A stretch of 64,000 nucleotides of DNA from Octopus vulgaris (taxonomy: Eukaryota): NCBI GenBank assembly GCA_951406725.2, contig OX597825.1, positions 63,116,001 to 63,180,000 on the forward strand, written 5' to 3'. Both the position numbers and the translations under genes were made by a program. How positions within the stretch are numbered: the first letter of the stretch is position 1; each line of letters starts with the position of its first letter. This document shows positions 24,260 to 37,240 of the stretch, piece by piece. The notes under the pieces were generated by a model that saw only the letters and a program-made list of their open reading frames with translations, made no database searches and was not told where the DNA came from.

Positions 24260-24648
24260 CCCTTTCGATACCAACCCGGCTGAAACCGATTCTGGCTCTG
24301 AGTACGAATGTCTAGTTTTCATAAGTTTTGAATTAAGATCTTCTATCCAACTTTAGTCACATTTTATGTTCCTAACACTAGACTGAATAATAACTAAGTT
24401 ATTTTACTAAATTATTTGCTATATTTAACCCTTTCTTTACCAATCCAGCTGAAACTGGCTCTGACTCTGAGTACAAATGTCTTGTTTTCATAAGTTTTGA
24501 ATTAAAATCTTCCACCAAACCTTAGACACAATTTATGTTCCTAACACTGGCTGAATGATAACTAAGTTATTTTACTAAATTCTTTGTTATATTTAAAGTA
24601 ATTGAAAGAAATACAGAGAATCTCAAAATAAATACAGTAATGAAAGGG
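24260..24648. mobile_element. piggyBac-type MITE, two copies nested or in tandem
   Basis: TTAA|CCCTTTC at 24260 and 24429; GAAAGGG|TTAA at 24648. Confidence 0.85.
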
Positions 24649-25179
24649 TTAAAGCTTTGCTGAAAGAAAAAAACCTAAGAATCCAGGTAATAGGATCGAA
24701 CCCTGAATCTCATGTTTGCAAAGCAAACTTCTTAAACACACGGCCATGCCTGTGTCAACCAAATAGTTTTGATAGCATATTACTGAACAGTAAATTTTCC
24801 ACTTGTAGTGTTACATAATCCTGTGGCGTATGTTTATCATAATCCTGAAGAACTATTGAAACGGAGGAATTATTTCACACATTCATAAATAAATGTAGAT
24901 TTATATGGCATCCCAGACAATTCCTGTCTAATGCTCAGACTGTCAGCCACCATACTGATTCATGAGAGAGAAAGGAATAGGAGGCAGATGGAGACAGAAT
25001 TAGCAATAGAGATAGGAAGTAAAAGACAGAATAACAATTCTTGGACAGAAAGACAGAGAGATAGATAGATAGATAAATAGATAGATAGAAAAGGGGAGAG
25101 AGAAAGAGAAAGAGAAAGGGTAAAAGAGAGAGGCAGAAATAAAGAGAATGAAATAGAATGATACATATAGTTTTGTATT

Positions 25180-25480
25180 TATACATATATGTATATATAA
25201 TGCATGCATATGTGTGAGTACATGTATGTGAGTGTGTGTATACATGCATATATATATATGCATGCATACCTATATATGCTTGTTTATTTGTATATATATT
25301 ACATACATGTGTGTGTGTGTCTATGTATGCATATATATATATAATTTAGATATAAATGCATATGTGTGTATATATATGTGTGTGTGTGTGTCTCTCTCTC
25401 TATATATATATGTATATACACACACATACACATATATATATGTATGTATATATATATACATATATATCTATATCTATCTA

Positions 25481-25534
<54 letters not shown>

Positions 25535-25581
25535 TTCTGTTGTGTCTGGGGAGAGTCATTCTCTTTTAGTGCCTTATTATT

Positions 25582-25653
<72 letters not shown>

Positions 25654-25729
25654 ATATGTATGTATGTATGTATGTAAAATAGATAGATAAATAGATAGCT
25701 AGATAGACATACATATATACATGCATGCA

Positions 25730-25760
<31 letters not shown>

Positions 25761-25826
25761 GTGTGTGTATATATATATGTATATGTATGTATGTATGTAT
25801 ATGTGTATATATACATGCATACATAT

Positions 25827-25888
<62 letters not shown>

Positions 25889-25895
25889 ATATGCA
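25180..25895. repeat. compound (TA)/(TG)/(TATG) microsatellite
   Basis: Direct inspection. Confidence 0.95.
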
Positions 25896-26582
25896 CACAG
25901 TAAGAGAAATGAAAAATCTATTTTGCTTCTCTAGCGAATATTTTATCAAAACTCTCTCTCCCACACACTCCCCCTCCTTCCCTGTTCCCTCCCCCCTCTC
26001 TCTCTGTAGTTGACAGAAGAAGCACAACCAAGAAAGCCAACTTATAGACAGCTCGTCTGAAACACACAACATGTTATGCATAAATATATCTCCATTGAGA
26101 AATCATTTACTAACAGATAATAACTTACCCAGAAATCAATCTGGCATTCATAATTAGCTTCATTTGCTTACCTTTGTTAATCCTACTTATTTCTCACTGA
26201 TAAAATAGCTTTCTTTTATTTTTTTTTCTATTTTTTTGTTTGGCTCTCTATTTTTTAAATATTTTTTTTATTTCATCCATTTATCTTTTTTTTTTTTTTT
26301 GTGGTGTGATTTGAGTTCATGTATACAGTTAGATTCCATCTATCACTCTGTATCTTCCTATGTTTGTAGCAGACAAAATAGTAAATTGTCAGAGAATGGA
26401 AGCTTGCAGTTCCAATACCACCTCTGTTTTGTCTCTCTATGACCAAACTTGAGTTTGTTGAAGTCCTTTCTTTTTATTGTACTATTATTATTATTACTAT
26501 TATTATTATTACTAATGTTATTATTGATATTATTATTGTTGTTGTTGTTATCATTATTATTGTTGTTATCATTATTATTGAT

Positions 26583-26836
26583 TGACATAGCAGCGCATAC
26601 CATCAAAGTGACATTGGGGTACAAATATACGAGGCCCAATATACCCATCATGACTACCCGCCTGAAAAGGGTACTTCTGGTCATGATCAGAGATACACAT
26701 ATCATCAGCCACTAAGGGACATGCTCAAATGGTTAAGGTCAAACAACTGACAAATCTGTGGTACTGAGCAGAATATTTGCTGTAGCCCATCTTTTATAAC
26801 AAGACAAAACAATGTACATGATAACACTTCCAATCA

Positions 26837-26837
<1 letters not shown>
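26583..26837 (-). mobile_element. internally deleted copy of the 26893-27450 repeat
   Basis: Shares both ends with the neighbouring copy; flanked by (TTA)n. Confidence 0.75.
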
Positions 26838-26892
<55 letters not shown>

Positions 26893-27450
26893 GGAGTGAA
26901 AGAGCAGTGCATGCCATCAAAGTGACACTGGGATACAAATATACGAAGTCCAATACACTCAGCATGACTACCTGTCTGATAAGGGTACACCAGGCACATA
27001 CATCACAACCATATCTACGCAACATGGTGACCTCCTATTAAGACAAACAGCACATGATCTTACAGGTGGGGTACAGTTAGAATTTTCTTTAGGTCAAGTA
27101 GCCCATCCCACTCAAAAGGTCCCTGAAGAAGGGTTGTTTAAGGATGTTGAACGAAACACTCATGTTTCCAGAGGTGAATTATTCAAACCCCGAAGAATCC
27201 CTCTCAACACATGGCTATGATGCTCCCCCACTACTTCTACTCGTGATCAGAGATGCACATATCGTCAGCCACCAAGAGACATGCTCAACTGGTTTAAGGT
27301 CAAACAACTGACAAGCAAATCTGTGGTATTGAGCAGGATATTTGCTGTGGTCCATCTTTTATACCAAGACAAACAATGTACATGATAACAATTCCAATCA
27401 GTTAAGATCAGCTGCCATGAGAGCCCCAGCCTGGCACTGCATCAGGGCAT
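26893..27450 (-). mobile_element. non-autonomous retroelement inserted in (TAA)n (probably R4/Dong-dependent)
   Basis: About 560-bp non-coding repeat, two copies here, whose minus-strand 3' end runs into (TAA)n. The partner LINE is inferred from the target sequence. Confidence 0.6.
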
Positions 27451-27544
27451 TGGCCACCACCTCCCTTCAAAATTGCAGGCCTTGAGCCAAAATAAGAAAG
27501 AATTATTATTACTATGACTATCTTCATCATTATTATTGAAGTTG

Positions 27545-27960
27545 AGGTGCTGAGCTGGCAGAACCATTAGCACACTGGATGAAATGCTTAGTAGTATTTC
27601 ATATACTGTTACGTTGAGAGTTCAAATTCCACCGAGGTCGACTTTGCCTTTCATCCTTTCGGGGTCAATAAAATAAGTACCAGTTGAAAACTGGGAGTCA
27701 ATGTAATCAACTCATCCCCACCTCCTCCAAGCTGCCCTTGTGGCAAAAATTTCAAATACTAATAATAATTATTATTTTTATTATTAAGGCAGAATTGTTA
27801 GCATGCTGGGCGATATGCCTGCTGGCATTTTGTCTGCTGCTACATCTTGAGTTCAAATTCTACCAACGTCAACTTTGTCTTTCATCTTTGCAAGGTCAAT
27901 TAATTAAGTACCACTGAAACATGAGGGTTGATGTAATCCTTGTGCCTATAGTAGAAAGGG
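27545..27960 (+). mobile_element. two SINE family B copies
   Basis: 27545-27755 and a degenerate copy at 27786-27960. Confidence 0.8.
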
Positions 27961-28505
27961 TCATTATTATTGAAGTTACTTTTGGTAGATCACCTTGCAT
28001 CTTCCATTTTTGTTTTAAATTCACATAACAAGCTTGCATTTATATTTTACCGAAATTCTTTGTTCCAGACTTCTGCCCAGAATTTTCTTGCTACTTCAGC
28101 ATTTGGCACATCATTTCCTAGATGCCCTTTTTTCATTATTCAGTTTTCTATATAATATTCTTTCCTTGTTCTTGGAGAGTCTGTTCTGCTGATACTGGTT
28201 TGTTCTCTGTTGGCATCTGCATTTTTATTGGGGTTTTTTTAAACTTGACGCTGCTTTTTCTTGTTGAAAAGTTTTACATTTTATTTTCATATCATTTTTT
28301 ATATCTTTGTTGTTCCTTTCCATTCAAAACCCAATATTTCATATCATTTGTTATACCTTTATTGTTCACTTCCATTTGAAACCCTATATTTTGAGATATT
28401 TATTATGCTTTTATACAGCTCTGAATGCTTTGGGTCTTTGTGACCCATTAGAGAAAACATCATCATCATCATCATTATTGTCATTGTTGTTGTTGTTGTT
28501 GATGT

Positions 28506-28715
28506 TAAGGCAGTGACCTAGCAGAATTGTTAGCTCTCTGGATGAAATGGTTAGCAGCATTTCATCTGGCAACGTTGTGAGTTCAAATCCTGTCGAGGTC
28601 GCCTTTGCCTTTCATCCTTCCAGGGTCGATAAATTAAGTACAGCTGAGTGCTGGGGTCGATGTGATCAACTGTCTCCCTCCCTACAAAATCCAGGCCTTG
28701 TGCCTTTAGTAGAAA
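28506..28715 (+). mobile_element. SINE family B
   Basis: Head and central domain present. Confidence 0.8.
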
Positions 28716-28774
28716 TGTTTGTTGTTATCTTTATTATTATAATTGTTGTTATTGTTGTTGCTGTTGTTGTTGTT

Positions 28775-29300
28775 GTTATTACTATTTTTTACTTCTCAGA
28801 GCTCTTGATGTTACTTGCTTCGGTTAATCCTGTGAGAACAGACAGACAACAATCTGCTGTCAAAGGTCTCACAGGGTCACTTGAAAAAATCCTTAACATC
28901 CAAGTAACAATCTCAAAATACTTGCTGTCCCCAACAGAACAGTTTTTTAATCATGTATCACCCTCATGTCAATTCCATTTTCTCCAACATATCTCTCAAA
29001 CTTCCATGTTAGCACTCCTAATGGCCCTACAACTACTAGGATAACAATTACTCCTTTCATATTACAGTAACTTGTATTTTCCCATCTTTTCCAACTCTTT
29101 GTCACCTACACGTGTGTCCCCAGGCATGGCAATATCTATCATCTTGATTTTCTTCTTCCTTTATCCACCACAACAATGTCTGGTCTCCGAGCATCAATTA
29201 GTGAGTCGCATTGAATTGTAAAATCCCATAAGATCTTATATTCATTATTCTCAGTGATGCCTTCTGATTTATATATGTAACATTTCCAAGTTCCACTGAG
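28775..29300 (-). mobile_element. R4/Dong-type LINE 3' end (restriction-like endonuclease)
   Basis: ENNEYKILWDFTIQCDSLIDARRPDIVVVDK..MIDIAMPGDTRVGDKELEKMGKY..VVVGPLG..LLGTASILR (PD..D RLE motif), followed by a 3' UTR. Confidence 0.88.
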
Positions 29301-29324
29301 AGCATACTTCTCACACAAGCATTT

Positions 29325-29468
29325 TTATTATTATTCTTTTTAACACAGGTTTTGTTGGAACTCCTGGAGTTTTGCATGCATAGTGAACTTGCTGCCTGTA
29401 GCCCTACTTTCCCGATTATTCTGGCCTTGCCAAGGAGGCAAACCTTTTGTAACATTTCTGCTGAGAAT
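29325..29468 (-). mobile_element. short R4/Dong-type 3' end
   Basis: SAEMLQKVCLLGKARIIGKV plus UTR plus taataat. Confidence 0.6.
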
Positions 29469-29502
29469 ATCATCATCATCATCATCGTCATCATCATCGT
29501 CG

Positions 29503-29565
<63 letters not shown>

Positions 29566-30446
29566 ACATCTTCATCACTATTATTAGAGTTGTTTTTGTA
29601 ATTAATATTATTGTTTCTTAAAACATACACATGTGTTTCTTTCACTCAAAAATTATACCATATACATGGCTTTATCAAATGAAGTTTTCTTTGGGGCACT
29701 TTCTAAAAGTATTATAATAGCCTGAGCAAAACTGCCATTGATATGCAGATGCATATTAAAAAAGTTGGTTTATTCAGAATTTTGTTTTATTCATTTACAT
29801 GCTTAATATTTTTTTGTTTTCACTGCCAAACAAATATAAAACACTATATATTGCAACAGCTAACAACAACAAATAAAATAGACAACTGAATGAACAAAAA
29901 GAAATAAGAGTGTAGATTCAAATAATTAAATTAAAAAAGATATTCCAAACAGTCTAGCAGGTCGTTTTGAAGATAGCAACATAAGACAAGAGCAGTGGTG
30001 ACATTCTTGTGTTAAATCACTCATATAGAATATATTGACTTACTTATTGGAAAACTAGAAATTCTGAGATTTTTACAATTTAGGTTCTTTTTACCCATAA
30101 GTAAGTCTAACTGTCATCATCATCATCATCATCATCATTGTCGTCATCATTGTCATTGTCATCATAAAGGAAATTAATTGAAAGAGTCATTAATACACTG
30201 GATGCAATGACTGCCACATGTGTTCTGCAAAGAAATCTTACTAAGGCCATAAGTTCAATCTCTGATTTAGGTGGTGTGCTGAGTTCTTGAGCAAGGTTTT
30301 TTTTTTTTACATTTCCATAGCTTACTCAAATGAAATGAATTCCAGCTGAATACTGCTAGAGTGGTTCTGTCTCTCTCCTCCTCTAGCTGTCACATCCTAA
30401 ATTTTCCACTGGGTCAAGGGTGAAAGGTCTGCTTACAACTCCTTAA

Positions 30447-30726
30447 CCCTTTCGTTACCATATTTATTTTGAGATGCTCTGTGTTTCTTTCAATTAATTA
30501 TAGATATAACAAAGAATTTAGTAAAATAACTAAGTTATCACTAAGCTAGTGTTAGGAACATAAATTGTGACTAAGGTTTGGTGGAAGATTTTAATTTCAA
30601 AACTTATGAAAACAAGACATTTGTAACATTTCTACTGAGAATATCATCATCATCATCATTATCATCATCATCATCGTCGTCGTCATCATCATCGTCGTCA
30701 TCATCGTCGTCATCATCATCATCCTT

Positions 30727-30780
<54 letters not shown>

Positions 30781-30903
30781 TTCATCACTATTATTAGAGT
30801 TGTTTTTGTAATTAATATTATTGTTTCATAAAGCATACACATGTGTTTCTTTCACTCAAAAATTATACCATATACATATACGGCTGGGTCGGTAACTAAA
30901 GGG
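30447..30903. mobile_element. piggyBac-type MITE containing ~250 bp of captured local DNA
   Basis: TTAA|CCC...GGG|TTAA; 30620-30877 duplicates 29446-29667. Confidence 0.9.
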
Positions 30904-31329
30904 TTAAATACCTTCAGCAATCAGCAATAGTATGGTAAATGCTTCCAAGTTATTTTTTATTCCAAATGGTAGCTATATTTATTGGAGGAACAGTGAAATG
31001 ATCGAATCTCCCCCACTTGTTTTATTTAACTATTTGTATATAGTTGGTAAATATCTCTAGAAACAAGTGTACGTAAGTATTTTTTTATATCCTCATTTGA
31101 AACTTTAGCTAAGCATCTTTATGCTTTTGGAAAGCAGTTATACTGTCATGGGTCTTTAAATGCTAGTCTGTTGCAATATATATCCTTGGCACAAGAACAT
31201 GTGAAGAAAAAAGTTTTGAAAACTGGCATTATCTCCTATTTTTTGTTTGCTTTTTTTTTATAGATATCATGTATCTGTTTTATTGATATTCTTTATTTCT
31301 TTTTTTCCTTTTCTCCTTTTCATTTTCAT

Positions 31330-31950
31330 TGAGCCCATAATTCGAATCATACACCTAAGGTCTAGCTATTTTATGATATAGTCTTGCCTCCTTGTCCATT
31401 ACATCAATATCAGTTCTCCTACTCTTAATGATATAGGTCATATTGGATGTTGAAATTCCCAAGAATTTTGTTATCTTTAGACTCAATTATAAGAGAAAGT
31501 TGGTGATCAAACCATTTATCTGCCATTTCTAAGTTATAATTTCCAAGTAATTTCCAGCAGAAAATCCATGAGATATTATATTGCTTCTGTGGCAGTTTAG
31601 TACATTCACTTACCAAATGTACTATACTTTCCCCATTTTCCCAAACATTCTATGTAACGATAATTAACTGGCCATTGATTTCCAAGTCTTTCAATCTTAA
31701 TTAAGTCGTTCTTTATTTACTTTATAATTCTTCCAATATCCCTTAAAGTAGATAAAGCTGCTGCAACACCAGTTAGAGAGAGTGTATCAAACAATGGTAC
31801 TTTTAAGAAGGGGTACTGTAATAAAAGAGAGACAAATAGTTCTTCTCTATATTCTAAGATGTAGGAGAGTAGTTGCTTATGTATGTCTAATGCACAAATC
31901 AACAAAACAGATATTTGTATTCAGTGAGATTTGCAATACATGGTTATACT
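31330..31950 (-). mobile_element. decayed R4/Dong-type LINE (CCHC/RLE region)
   Basis: HLVSECTKLPQKQY..W..KWFDH..IIESKDNKILGNFNIQYD. Confidence 0.75.
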
Positions 31951-32212
31951 GGCATAGCTCCATTTAAAAATCCTATGTTTGGTGGTGGTGGAGTGGTGAG
32001 TGTTGTTGCTGCAGCTGTTGTTGTTAGTGGTGTGGTGTGCTGAATGTTGCTGTTGTTGATGGTGGTGGTGGTGGTGTGGTGAGTGTTGTTGTTGGAGTTG
32101 TTGGTGTAGGTTACATGTCACCTGCACAGGAGCCAGTCCAGCACCACTGGCAACGTCTCCAGGTTCGCTTGCATTGCCACTGCTTCGCCCGGCTGCTGGC
32201 TTCGACGACGGA

Positions 32213-32659
32213 CATGCTGCTAGGAGCACGCCACGTTCCCGCTGGTGGACGGGCACTCTCCAAACGAATATAAGACACTATATATTGCAACAGCTAACAA
32301 CACAAATAAAATAGACAACTGAATGAACAAAAAGAAGTAAGAGTGTAGATTCAAATAATTAAATAAAAAAAAATATTCCAAACAGTCTAGCAGGTAGTTT
32401 TGAAGATAGCAACTTAAGACAAGAGCAGTGGTGACATTCTTGTGTTAAATCACTCATATAGAATATATTGACTTACTTATTGGAAAACTAGAAATTCTGA
32501 GATTTTTACAATTTAGGTTCTTTTTACCCATAAGTAAGTCTAACTATGATCATCATCGTCATCATCATCATCATCATCATCATCATTTTCATCATCATTG
32601 TCATTATCATCATGCTGCTAGGAGCATGCCGTGTTCCTGCTGCTGGACAGGCACTCTCC
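32213..32659 (+). repeat. local duplication of 29826-30165 flanked by a 49-bp direct repeat
   Basis: 32260-32613 matches 29826-30165. Flanks 32213-32261 and 32611-32659 differ at about 6 positions, mostly CpG transitions. Confidence 0.9.
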
Positions 32660-33069
32660 GAGTTTGGGTTCAGGAATATGTTTGCCTTGGGTTAATGGAG
32701 AAGCATAGGCAAGTGAAAGCACTTTAAAAGTCTTATAGGGTAAAAGACAAACACACTAGTCCTAATGCCATAATGTAAAGCACTTAACACACTTGTAAAC
32801 TGGTTGGCAACTGAGTGGAGACAACGTATGACTGAGGGTACCATCACCAACATCTCTAGTGCTGATGTAACAATGAAAGGCATCCAGTACCATTTGTAAA
32901 ATGGTTGGCATTAAGAATGGCACCCAACCATAGAAAGTGAGCCAAAATTTCAATGTATGAATAAGATGTGGGTTTTTTGATCCATTTAGAAGGGATGTGG
33001 CTCTGGTTAAGAAATGATTCACACCATAACATCCTATCCAACTCATGCCAAAATGGAAAGCAGACAGGA

Positions 33070-33212
33070 AAGGTGGTGGTGGTGGTGGTGGTGGTGGTGG
33101 TGAGTGTTGTTGCTGTAGCTGTTGATGTTGTTGTTGTTGTTGTTATTGGTGGTGGTGGTTGTGGTGGTGGTGGTGATGCTGGTGGTGGTAGTGGTAGCGA
33201 GTGTTGTTGATG

Positions 33213-33244
<32 letters not shown>

Positions 33245-33500
33245 GATGGTGGTGGTGGTAGTGGTAGCGAGTGTTGTTGATGTTGTTGTTGTTGTTGGTG
33301 GTGGTAGTGGTGGTGGTGGTGGTGATGGTGGTGGTGGTAGTGGTAGCGAGTGTTGTTGATGTTGTTGTTGTTGTTGGTGGTGGTGGTGTGGTGAGTGTTG
33401 CTGCTGTAGCTGTTGATTTTGTTGCTGTTATTGTTGTTGATGGTGTGGTGAGTGTTGTTGTAGTTCTTGGTGTAGTTGTTGTCGTTGTTGTTGTTGTTAA
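33070..33500. repeat. compound (TGG)/(TTG) microsatellite with higher-order unit
   Basis: Recurring ggtggtg(t)ggtgagtgttgttg unit, also at 31981-32106 and 33685-33750. Confidence 0.9.
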
Positions 33501-34087
33501 GCAACAAGACGGGTAAGGGTGATTAGGTGATGGTCTAGGGCTTAGGGGCGGGAGACACCAGACCTTTGGAAAAGAAAAAAACTTTGGTCATCTTGTTGTA
33601 GTCAAGGGATCTTCGTTGACGCCCGACACCACTCGGGAGGTGGCCCTCGAAGTCGCTGGAAATGGAAATCTCCAGGTCCAAATTCTTGAACGGCTGTTGT
33701 TGTTGATGGTGGTGGTGGTGTGGTGAGTGTTGTTGTTGTAGTTGTTGGTGATGGTTTTTGATGGTGGTGTAAGTGCTGGTGTTGGTGCTGCTGGTGCTGC
33801 TGGTGGTGATAGTGATAATGAAAACGATGATGAAGATGATGATGATACATAATGTCACAAATTTTATTGAAGATGCATTCAAAAATAATAACACCCACAC
33901 ATACTTAGCTTTTACATTATTCTATCAATCCCAGAATGCTGAAAGGAACAGGCATCCATTGCAGGCCTTGAGCTCAGTCTGCAACTAAAGAGTCTATTAT
34001 ATTCTTTTCAATATTCTATGAATTCTGAAGTGGTGAGCTGGTAGAATTGTTAGCACCCTCAACAAAAGGTTCATTGGCATTTCATCC

Positions 34088-34545
34088 ATCCTTATATCAT
34101 CATCACCATCATCATCATCATTTAACGTCCACTTTCTATGCTGACATGGGTTGGACGGTTTGACTGGGGACTGGTGAGCCAGATGGTTGCACCAGGCTCC
34201 AATCTGATCTGGAAGAGTTTCTGCAGCTGGATGCCCTTCCTAATGCCAACCACTTTGAGAGTGTAGTGGGTGCTTTTATGTACCACCGGCATGTGGGCTA
34301 GTCAGGCGGTACTGGCAACAGCCACGCTCAAATGGTGTTTCTACATGTCACCTGCACAAGAGCCAGTCCAGTGGCACTGGCAACGCCCTTGCTTGAATGT
34401 TGTTTTTCACATACCACCAGTGCAAGTACTAGTAATGCAACACTGGTAATGATGATGCTCGAATGGTGATTTTTATGTTCCACTGGCATGGGGCCCAGTC
34501 AGCAACCCTGGCAACGATCATGCTTGGATGGTGCTCTTAGTGCTC
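34088..34545 (-). mobile_element. RTE-type non-autonomous family C with ~4 x 65-bp monomers, inserted in a SINE B copy
   Basis: (CAT)n tail, ggatgcccttcctaatgccaacc motif and tandem monomers. SINE B halves at 34029-34087 and 34545-34660. Confidence 0.8.
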
Positions 34546-34999
34546 CTGCCAAGGTGAACTTTGCCTTTCATCCTTTCAGGTTTGTTATAATAAATACCAG
34601 TTGTGTGCTGGGGGTTGATGTAATCAACTTATCCCTATCCCTGGGCCAAAATTTGAAATTGATATTCTATGGATTCTATTCAATTCAGCCACCAGTCTTA
34701 GCACATCACTATTTTTAACAGTTCCATCTTGGACCTGCCTGTCTTTAGCAGAGTTTGTTCTGTTGCAAGTATTTAGAGCAAACCAACAACTATGTTTCTC
34801 TTAATGATGCACATATTTGCACAAGTAGCCTCAGACTTTGCAAGGCAAGGAGTTAGTAAGGAACTTCAAAGAACATAAAAAACTGACATTCTTCTACTGA
34901 CTAAATTATAGGAAAACCAAAAAGGAAAATCAAAAAATGAAAAGAAACCTGACTCATGAAAAGTATCATTCACATTACATTAAAAGAAGAATTATCAAA

Positions 35000-35570
35000 T
35001 CAAAACAGGGGAAAAATTCCTCCATTGATGTCAATATTTTCTGAATTTAATTTGTTTTCCGGTGACACAATGTCTGCGATCAGTTTTCTTATATTTTCTG
35101 CTACATGTATTATTTCCAAGTATTCTCTTCCATCCTATTTGAAACACACCAGAAACCATTTTTGTTTTATAATCAAAAATTACCATTGCATGGTTTGTCT
35201 ACCATTTGGTATATAACTTCTTCTATAGTATTAATTATCTCAATAATCATGTCTCTCTGATCTCTCAGATTTCTATGATATATATCCTCTATACTTTTAC
35301 ATATTTATTTCTATGATTTGCTTATATTGCCAATAAACAGCTGCCACATCAATGGTAAACATGGAATTGGTTTGCTGTTATGAGCTGCACTGCCTTTGTT
35401 TATATCTTTCATATATTGAAAAGTTCTACCTTATGTTCCTCTGTTCTGATAATGGTTCTTTCTTACATAATACATGTTTTAATTGTTCTGGTACTCTTCT
35501 GTGGCAAAAGAACTGGAGGTCAGGTCTTTAAACCAGTAACGTTGTACATATGCCAATACTAGTATTTTTG
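35000..35570 (-). mobile_element. decayed R4/Dong-type RT N-terminal region
   Basis: VQRYWFKDLT..GRTFQYMKDINKG..NSKPIPCLPLMWQLFIG resembles GFWLK.LT..GRT.LI.KD..KG..NYRPITCLP.MWKL. Confidence 0.7.
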
Positions 35571-35809
35571 TTGTTTGGTATATCCTTACATTAAGTCTTC
35601 TTTCTTATTACTCTATCAACTTGACATCAGGTACAGTTTCGACATCATGTCAAGTGGCAATGGTAGAGTCATAATCACAACCACCAACGTAATTTCTGAT
35701 ATCTATCTTCCCATGGTTCTATGAGTCTGACAGAATTTCTCATGGGGAAGTTTTCTATGGCAAGCTAAAATTTTGTTGCCAACTCACATTTTTTATGCAT
35801 GTATGTGTG

Positions 35810-35813
35810 ATTG

Positions 35814-35845
<32 letters not shown>

Positions 35846-36140
35846 TGTATGTATGTCTGTCATTATTCAGTTTTATGTCAAAATTTCTTGCCTCTAAAGA
35901 GTCAGTTTCTAACCTAGATCCCAGGATCTTTCGACAGAGTATGTATGTATGTATGTATGTATGTATGTATGTATGTATGTATGTATGTATGTATGTATGT
36001 ATGTATGTATGTATGTATGTATGTATGTATGTATGCATGTATGTATGTATGCATGTATGTATGTATGCATGTATGTATGTATATATGTATGTATTTATGT
36101 ATTTATGTATGTATGTATGTATGTATGTATGTATGCATGT
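35810..36140. repeat. (TATG)n microsatellites
   Basis: Direct inspection. Confidence 0.95.
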
Positions 36141-36218
36141 ATGTGAGATCTTATTTTTACCTCCAGGAATCAGTTGAGATCAGAAACCGTGAGAGCCACT
36201 ACCTGGTATTGTATGTGG

Positions 36219-36249
<31 letters not shown>

Positions 36250-36250
<1 letters not shown>

Positions 36251-36443
36251 GTTAGCATGCTGGGCAAAATGCTTAGTGGCAATTCGTTCATCTCCACATT
36301 CTGAGTTCAATTTCTGCTGAAGTTGACTTTGCCTCTCATTCTTTTGGGGATCAATAGATTTAAGTACCATTGAAACACTGGAGCCAATGTAATCAAGTAG
36401 TCCTCTCCCCCAGATGTCAGGTCTTGTGCCTATAATAGACAGG

Positions 36444-36512
<69 letters not shown>

Positions 36513-36745
36513 ATTATCATTATTATTATTCAAAGATGATGAGCTGACAGAATCATTAGCATGCTGGGTGAGATACTTAGCACTGTTTCATCTGCCATTA
36601 CATTCTGAGTTCAAATTCAGTCGTGGTCGACTCTGCCTTTCATCCTTTCGCGGGGCACAAATTAAGTACTAGTGGAGTACAGGGGTCGATGTAATCGACT
36701 ATTCCCCTCTTCACAAATTCCAGGCCTTGTGTCTATAGTAGAAAG
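36250..36745 (+). mobile_element. two SINE family B copies separated by (TTA)n
   Basis: 36250-36445 and 36532-36745. Confidence 0.8.

Positions 36746-37240
<495 letters not shown>

Noticed and set aside
27380-27450. HDV-like ribozyme at the 5' end of the (TAA)n-targeting repeat
   Set aside because: Could not assign P1-P4 pairings by eye.
33043-33516. His/Thr/Pro-rich ORFs resembling transcription-factor low-complexity regions
   Set aside because: Open in several frames only because of (TGG/TTG)n; no domain and no exon boundaries.
33511-33548. Interstitial telomere
   Set aside because: Only one exact TTAGGG plus degenerate units; too short to call.
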